Positions 25,797 to 32,051 of a DNA stretch of 32,051 bases are shown here, piece by piece. The position numbers and the translations under genes are program-made. The notes beneath the pieces are model-generated. The model was given only the letters and a program-made list of their open reading frames with translations, was not told the DNA's origin and searched no databases. The stretch comes from Armatimonadota bacterium. Lineage in GTDB: Bacteria; Armatimonadota; Hebobacteria; Hebobacterales; WVXJ01. How positions within the stretch are numbered: position 1 is the stretch's first letter; every line of letters begins with the position of its first letter. Where the stretch lies: assembly GCA_011773575.1 (NCBI GenBank), contig WVXJ01000137.1, positions 1 to 32,051 on the forward strand, read 5' to 3'.

Positions 25797-26562
25797 TTCC
25801 GCCGCTCTCCTCGGCTAGTGCCTGGGAAAGGCTGTCGCTCAGGGCATCCAGATACTCGTTGACACTCCAGGCGATCTTCCGTCCGCCGGCATGCAGCTCG
25901 ATGCCGCAGATCAGCTTATCAGATGTCGTGAAGCTGGGGTGCAGGCTGCCCGAGAAGCACTCTTTGAGTGCTTCCGTCACCTTGCCTCGCGCCTCGTCCG
26001 GGAGCTGAAACGAACTGACGACCGTGAGGGAATCGGACGAACTGCCCGCCACATCGCCTATCTGCTCGCGGGCGTCATCGTCCATTTCGCGCAGGCGATC
26101 GAGGAAGACCCCCACGATGCGGGACTCAAGGCGTTCGTCGGCCAGATCGCGCAGGACGCGGCGCGTGATAGCGCATACCTGCCTGGCCGCCTGGTCCCGC
26201 ATCTCCCCGAGAAACGAGTCGTGCTGCTGGCGCAGCGACTCGCGCCAGCGGAACTGCATCTCGTCGACCTCCTTCCTTGCTGAATCGATCAGTTCGCGGC
26301 GCTTCTGCTCGGTCTCCTGCTTCGCCTGTTCGAGTGTCTCACCGCGCTTCTGCTCCAACTCCTCCCGTGCCTGGCGGTGGGACTGCGCCTCCTCTTCCGC
26401 CTCTTTCTCCCGATCCTCGGCCTCGCGCAAGCGGTCCGCGATTCTCTTCTCGCGCTGATCCATGGCCTTTACTATCGGCCCATACAGAAAGTGCTTCAGG
26501 AGCCCCACCAGCACCAGGAAGTTGACGATCTGCGCAACGACTGTGAACCAATCAACTTGCAT
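25786..26562 (-). CDS. atpF: ATP synthase subunit b with a delta/OSCP-like C-terminal domain (b-delta fusion)
   Basis: The N-terminal TM helix and charged coiled coil ([37 protein letters not shown]...) are typical of b subunits. The C-terminal ~70 aa ([63 protein letters not shown]) matches the delta C-terminal pattern V.SA..L.......l...L.......v......d..liGG..i..g...iD.Sv...L..L. No separate delta gene is present. Confidence 0.85.
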   Translation of the reverse strand: MQVDWFTVVAQIVNFLVLVGLLKHFLYGPIVKAMDQREKRIADRLREAEDREKEAEEEAQSHRQAREELEQKRGETLEQAKQETEQKRRELIDSARKEVDEMQFRWRESLRQQHDSFLGEMRDQAARQVCAITRRVLRDLADERLESRIVGVFLDRLREMDDDAREQIGDVAGSSSDSLTVVSSFQLPDEARGKVTEALKECFSGSLHPSFTTSDKLICGIELHAGGRKIAWSVNEYLDALSDSLSQALAEESGGNGE

Positions 26563-26568
26563 GGACGG

Positions 26569-26841
26569 TTACTTCCCGGACACAAAGTGGTTCCAGAATG
26601 GATTGGCGAAGATGACGATCATGGAGACGACGAAGCAGTAGATGGCGCAGGACTCGATCATCGCCAGGCCGACGAAGAGCGTGCGCGTGATCGTGTTCGA
26701 CTCGTCGGGCTGCTGGGCGATTGACGAGAGCGCCGACATGACGGCCCGACCCTCCGCGAGGGACGGACCAATGACGCCCAGGGCGATGGTGAGCCCGGCA
26801 GTGACGATGGAGACAATGGCGGTGATCTCTGTGCCTGTCAT
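26569..26841 (-). CDS. atpE: ATP synthase c subunit (rotor ring)
   Basis: 90-aa hairpin protein. Helix 1 is GVIGPSLAEGRAV, followed by the polar loop QQPDE. Helix 2, FVGLAMIESCAIYCFVVSM, carries the ion-binding Glu. Confidence 0.9.
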   Translation of the reverse strand: MTGTEITAIVSIVTAGLTIALGVIGPSLAEGRAVMSALSSIAQQPDESNTITRTLFVGLAMIESCAIYCFVVSMIVIFANPFWNHFVSGK

Positions 26842-27558
26842 TTAGGATTCTCCTCTTGATTGGTCTTGTTCCGGCTCTTGGTCCAGGCGCTCGCGTCGCC
26901 GGCGGGCGGCCGATGCGATATAGACCATAGCGAGGACCGCGAAGATGTAGGCCTGGACGAGGCCGACCAGAAGGCCGAGAGCGTGCATGACGATGGGGAA
27001 GAACAGTGGCGTCAGCGCCACCAGGATGGCCACGATCATTGAGCCGCTCATGATGTTGCCGAAGAGACGGACGGCAAGGGCGAGGGTCCGCGTGAGCTCG
27101 CCTATGAGATGGAAAGGCAGCATGAGAGGGGTCGGGCGAACATAATGGACGAAGTATCGCGCGACGCCCTGCTCCGCGATCCCGTGGGCCGGGACTGCCA
27201 CGAAGACGCAGAGAGCAAGGGCGGCCGTGGTGGAGAGCGAGCCTGTGGGCGGGTGATATCCGGGCACGATGGTGAGGATGTTCGAGACGGCAATGAAAAG
27301 GAAGAGACTGCCCACGAACGGTAGATAGGGGCGGGGATCGTGCTGACTGATCTCGCGAATCTGGCTGCGGATGCCGTTGACGAGGACCTCAAGCAAGTTC
27401 TGGCCTCGAGAAATGTCCGTGCCCGAGGTGAGCCGGCGTGTGACCAGCCACGAGAACAGCACCATCAAGACCATCACTACCCAAGTGAAGACGATGGTCG
27501 CGTTGAGCTTCAGCGACCCCATCTCCCAGAGTGTAATGCTGTCAGGTGTGATGGTCAT
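26842..27558 (-). CDS. atpB: ATP synthase a subunit
   Basis: The start was moved to MTITPDSITLWEM at 27558, an ATGA overlap with atpR. The essential stator arginine sits in LALAVRLFGNIMSG. The protein is multi-pass hydrophobic. Confidence 0.88.
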   Translation of the reverse strand: MTITPDSITLWEMGSLKLNATIVFTWVVMVLMVLFSWLVTRRLTSGTDISRGQNLLEVLVNGIRSQIREISQHDPRPYLPFVGSLFLFIAVSNILTIVPGYHPPTGSLSTTAALALCVFVAVPAHGIAEQGVARYFVHYVRPTPLMLPFHLIGELTRTLALAVRLFGNIMSGSMIVAILVALTPLFFPIVMHALGLLVGLVQAYIFAVLAMVYIASAARRRRERLDQEPEQDQSRGES

Positions 27559-27869
27559 GGCGCGGTACCACCTCTCGCAGGCAATCGGGCGAGACGCCGC
27601 TGGCCCCATCGCCGGACGAGGAATAGGCGCGCGGCGATGAAGCCGCCGAGCGCCAGCAGGAAGCGTCGCCAGTCGCCCGCGCCAATCAGGTAGAAGCCAG
27701 CCAGCGCGAGGACGACGCGAACGAGAAGACTCCCCAGGCTCAGCACCGCGGGGTGCCGCGAGACCGCCAGGCGTCGGAGGGTGATCCACAAGGCGGCGAA
27801 GTAGATGAGTCCGAGCGCGAACCCACCCACCGCCGCCAGAACAAGGTTGGCCGTGCTACTCATTATCAT
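27555..27869 (-). CDS. atpR: N-ATPase-specific membrane subunit AtpR
   Basis: Small protein of ~100 aa with three hydrophobic segments (LVLAAVGGFALGLIYFAALWITLRRL...), sitting in the position between atpQ and atpB that defines N-ATPase operons. The alternative start at 27863 has better SD spacing. Confidence 0.7.
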   Translation of the reverse strand: MIMSSTANLVLAAVGGFALGLIYFAALWITLRRLAVSRHPAVLSLGSLLVRVVLALAGFYLIGAGDWRRFLLALGGFIAARLFLVRRWGQRRLARLPARGGTAP

Positions 27870-28171
27870 CTTCCCCTGTTTTCTCGATCATCTTGCGCTC
27901 CCGCGACACCCAATACCAGGCGTTGAGAACGCCCAGCCCCACCCCGATGATGAGGAGCATGAGCGTCCAGGAGTGAGGACTCGGGTAGGTTCGGTCGATC
28001 CAGATGCCCAGGGCCACGCAGGCCAGCACTGGTATCGCTACCGACCAGCCAACCACTCCCATCATGCCCAGCCCGAACCAGATGCTCTCTTCTCTCTCGC
28101 GGCGCGCACGCATCTTCCGCTTCTCCTGGGCGGCGATCTTGCGGCCCAGATCGTCTTGGGAAGTGCTCCCT

Positions 28172-28188
<17 letters not shown>
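27856..28188 (-). CDS. atpQ: N-ATPase AtpQ (AtpZ/AtpI-like) small membrane protein
   Basis: The start was moved to MSNPGRG at 28188, preceded by GGGAGG with a 7-nt spacer. It has a charged N-terminus followed by two TM helices (SIWFGLGMMGVVGWSVAIPVLACVALGIWIDR...WTLMLLIIGVGLGVLNAWYWV), which is typical of the AtpZ/AtpI family. Confidence 0.7.
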
Positions 28189-30020
<1,832 letters not shown>

Positions 30021-30143
30021 TCATACCTTGATCCTTCGGTGGCCTCCTGCCCTATGGCAAGAATACGCCAAAACGTCGGGAACCTCCTATCAACACAGGC
30101 AGCCTTATTGTCTGGGCCAGACACATGTGACGCAACCAGGAGC

Positions 30144-30600
30144 TCACTGATCAGAGATGAGTCGGTTTACCTTCTCCCGCGCGGCCTGTATCGAGCCCGC
30201 GTACTTATTCATATCGCGCCAAGGGTCCTCCCGCTGACCGAGCCGGCGAAAGATGTTACGGATCGTGTAGCCAGTCGCCTTCAGGCCGGCATCGTTCACC
30301 TCCTTCCAGTCGAGCGGAGTCGCGACATAGGGTCGCTCGCGGGCGCGGACCGAGTAGAGCGCAACGGCTGTCTGCGCGTAGGCGTTCCGAGCGACATCAA
30401 TGAAGACGCGATTCCGGCGCTTGGCCTTGCGCTGCTCCGTAGTGAAGCGTTTGGGGTCTTCTCGAGCGATGCGACTCGCAAGGCGGCCGGGGAAGAAAGA
30501 GTGGCGTGTACTCTTCCCAGACGCACCGGATGGCGACTATGGGCTGGTCACTCAGACGGCCACGAACCTCCAACGGGTGGTGCGCGCTGTGCTGGATCAC
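30144..30600 (-). pseudogene. ligD: Remnant of a LigD-type NHEJ polymerase/primase domain (C-terminal ~130-150 codons, frameshifted, no start)
   Basis: One minus-strand frame (TGA at 30146..30144) reads FFPGRLASRIAREDPKRFTTEQRKAKRRNRVFIDVARNAYAQTAVALYSVRARERPYVATPLDWKEV...DPW. This matches the conserved PolDom C-terminus (...R.GKvFiDy.rN....T.vA.YS.Ra.pg.pVs.Pl.W.El). That frame is closed by a TAG at 30539..30537. The expected upstream segment (PIVAIRCVWEEYTPLF, compare lHvvvPl....W.ev..Fa) lies in a different frame, which implies a frameshift in the pyrimidine run at about 30489-30502. No start codon is present. Confidence 0.6.
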
Positions 30601-31291
30601 CTGAAGTCACAATCGGGCAGGAAATGGTACGAGTCCTACCTCAGGTTCAAGCACGGTATGCCAATGGTGGCTCTCGACCTCTTCCACACAAAGGCCACGA
30701 TGCAGTACCCGCCCGGCCAGGTACCCGACGAAAAGACTGTACGCGGTGATGCTGATCGCGAGGTGCGGAGGATGAGGATACTGATGGCAAGGGACCCCCG
30801 CAATCCCGAGGGTCGAGGGCCTCACCTTCAGAGCTTTGACTGCGATGAGAAGGCTGCAAAGCAAGTCCTCGGATCGAGCCGAGTGCTATCAGAGGTCGAA
30901 GAGTACGTCTGCAAGTCGGTCGTTCATCGGGTAGAGAGTGATGGCGCTCGTGAGTTCTTCATCATTAGGAAGGCTGACGGCGAGACGGGAGAAGGGTAGC
31001 GCCAGAGGATCGGCGGTGTCACAGCGCATGACGCCGCTGTCGTCCACTGGATACCCATCAGACGGAGGCTCGAAGTGTCGGAGTCGTCAGCCGATGACCA
31101 ATCGCCGCGGCCTCGAGGGCATGACCCGAGGCACTCCCTGGTTCGGTCGTCGCGGCCCCCACGAGCGGATAACAGCATCGGTGTCATGAGGAGGGGGGAA
31201 GTCGCTCCCCGACGAAAGCTGGAAGCAACAGGCGCTGAGCTGTGTGCGGACGCAATGGCCTGCTGGCTTATACAAGGAGCACGTGGCGACG

Positions 31292-31927
31292 ATGAGGGAG
31301 CAGTTCTACGGCGACTCACGCGATGTAAGCAAGTGGAGCGTGATCGCCCAATTGGCTGCCGGTCATAAGGTCAGGAACGTACTGCAGGTTGCGATGCTTC
31401 GCCCAGACAAGCCTGACACCCAGGGCTCGACGCGCCACGAACCGCTCTACTGCCATCCGGCGATCAAGGCATTCTTCGATGGAGAACGGCGAATCGGCGT
31501 TCGCGATCTCCGGAGAGTCAGCACTCTTCCGGCGCACTGCAACTTCGGTTTCGGAGTGGATGTGGTGGAAGAGGGCTTCTGGGGCGAAGGCTTCGGCCCC
31601 TATCGGGCTGCCTACTTCCGCAAAGTGCTGGCGAGGCTGGCGGCGCTCAGTGATCCCAGGTTGGTCCTGTTGGACCCGGATACCGGCATAACCACCGCAC
31701 GATACCCGCGTCCAGAGTATGTGGGAGTGAAGGAGCTGAGCGTCGTCTACGAGTACGTGAGCCACGGGGACGTGCTCCTCGTCTATCAGCACAAGCCGAG
31801 GTTCACCAGGACTGGTGCTGAGTGGTGGCTCAAGGCCGAGGGATTGCTTCGGGTCGCTGCGAGGGAGAGCGCATCAGTACGGTCCTTCATTGATGATGAC
31901 GTGGCGTTCATCGCTGCTGTCAGGTGA
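31292..31927 (+). CDS. Conserved-looking hypothetical protein with N-terminal FYGDxRDxxKW and central LLDPDTG motifs
   Basis: The ATG at 31292 is chosen so the N-terminus reads MREQFYGDSRDVSKWSVI. AAGGAG lies 12 nt upstream, and a GTG at 31244 is an alternative start. Third-position GC is high. Motifs: FYGDSRDVSKW, VLLDPDTGI, YVGVKELSVVY and VLLVYQH. No characterised family assigned. Confidence 0.7.
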   Translation: MREQFYGDSRDVSKWSVIAQLAAGHKVRNVLQVAMLRPDKPDTQGSTRHEPLYCHPAIKAFFDGERRIGVRDLRRVSTLPAHCNFGFGVDVVEEGFWGEGFGPYRAAYFRKVLARLAALSDPRLVLLDPDTGITTARYPRPEYVGVKELSVVYEYVSHGDVLLVYQHKPRFTRTGAEWWLKAEGLLRVAARESASVRSFIDDDVAFIAAVR

Positions 31928-32051
31928 ACCGCTCGTCTGTTGGCAAACGGGTGCCGGCCCTGCCCCCCGACCGCGTGGTCAAGCCCACAGGTTTCGACGC
32001 CAGGCGATCTTCGTTCAGCGTGTCCGAATCGAACCGCGACAAAATCGAGGG

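Noticed and set aside
30400-30999. 199-aa plus-strand ORF (…WYESYLRFKHGMPMVALDLFHTKATMQYPPGQ…EFFIIRKADGE).
   Set aside because: It is not called as a feature because its 5' third is antisense to the clearly homologous LigD PolDom remnant, and no motif or SD supports it. Composition cannot separate it from its mirror frame. It is discussed in the LigD remnant finding (30144-31291) rather than dismissed outright.
31920-32051. Stop-free minus-strand frame entering from the right edge (…FDSDTLNEDRLASKPVGLTTRSGGRAGTRLPTDERFT*).
   Set aside because: Only 43 codons are visible, the tail is Arg/Gly/Thr-rich, and it overlaps the stop of the plus-strand gene. It cannot be distinguished from chance in high-GC DNA without sequence beyond the window.

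Overview
High-GC bacterial chromosomal segment (more than 60% GC by eye over most of its length). Genes are tightly packed, mostly on the minus strand, with clear GGAGG-type ribosome-binding sites and frequent ATGA start/stop overlaps. I recognised no rRNA, tRNA, CRISPR array, transposase or integrase.

Contents from left to right:
1. 1-1470: a lower-GC flank. It holds a partial membrane-anchored ORF that is missing from the ORF track and a four-helix-bundle (23S rRNA IVS family) gene.
2. 1475-9690: a seven-gene, translationally coupled alpha-glucan operon. GH57 hydrolase/transferase paralogues alternate with GT4 glycosyltransferase paralogues. One GH57 copy and one GT copy have lost their catalytic signatures, and a 44-aa zinc-ribbon micro-ORF is embedded in the operon. 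This is my best candidate for an undescribed system.
3. 9691-13320: a decayed stretch. It contains a GC dip, a YhaN/SbcC-like ATPase gene cut off after about 235 codons next to an intact SbcD/YhaO-like nuclease gene, and a junction where a small membrane-protein gene runs into a start-less 265-codon ORF.
4. 13359-15304: a PRC-barrel gene and a bacterial eRF1-like (baeRF) gene as a pair.
5. 16136-20473: a plus-strand block of dodecin, a small membrane protein, a phasin-like protein, an ABC1/UbiB kinase and an alpha-glucan phosphorylase.
6. 20603-29975: a complete N-type ATPase operon (atpD-C-Q-R-B-E-F-A-G order) with a b-delta fusion. A P2-type cation P-ATPase follows it 41 nt downstream on the same strand.
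7. 30144-31290: a LigD polymerase-domain remnant and a region of ambiguous coding.
8. 31292-31927: a conserved-looking hypothetical gene with RlmJ-like motifs.

All family assignments come from motif recognition by eye. No database search was run.
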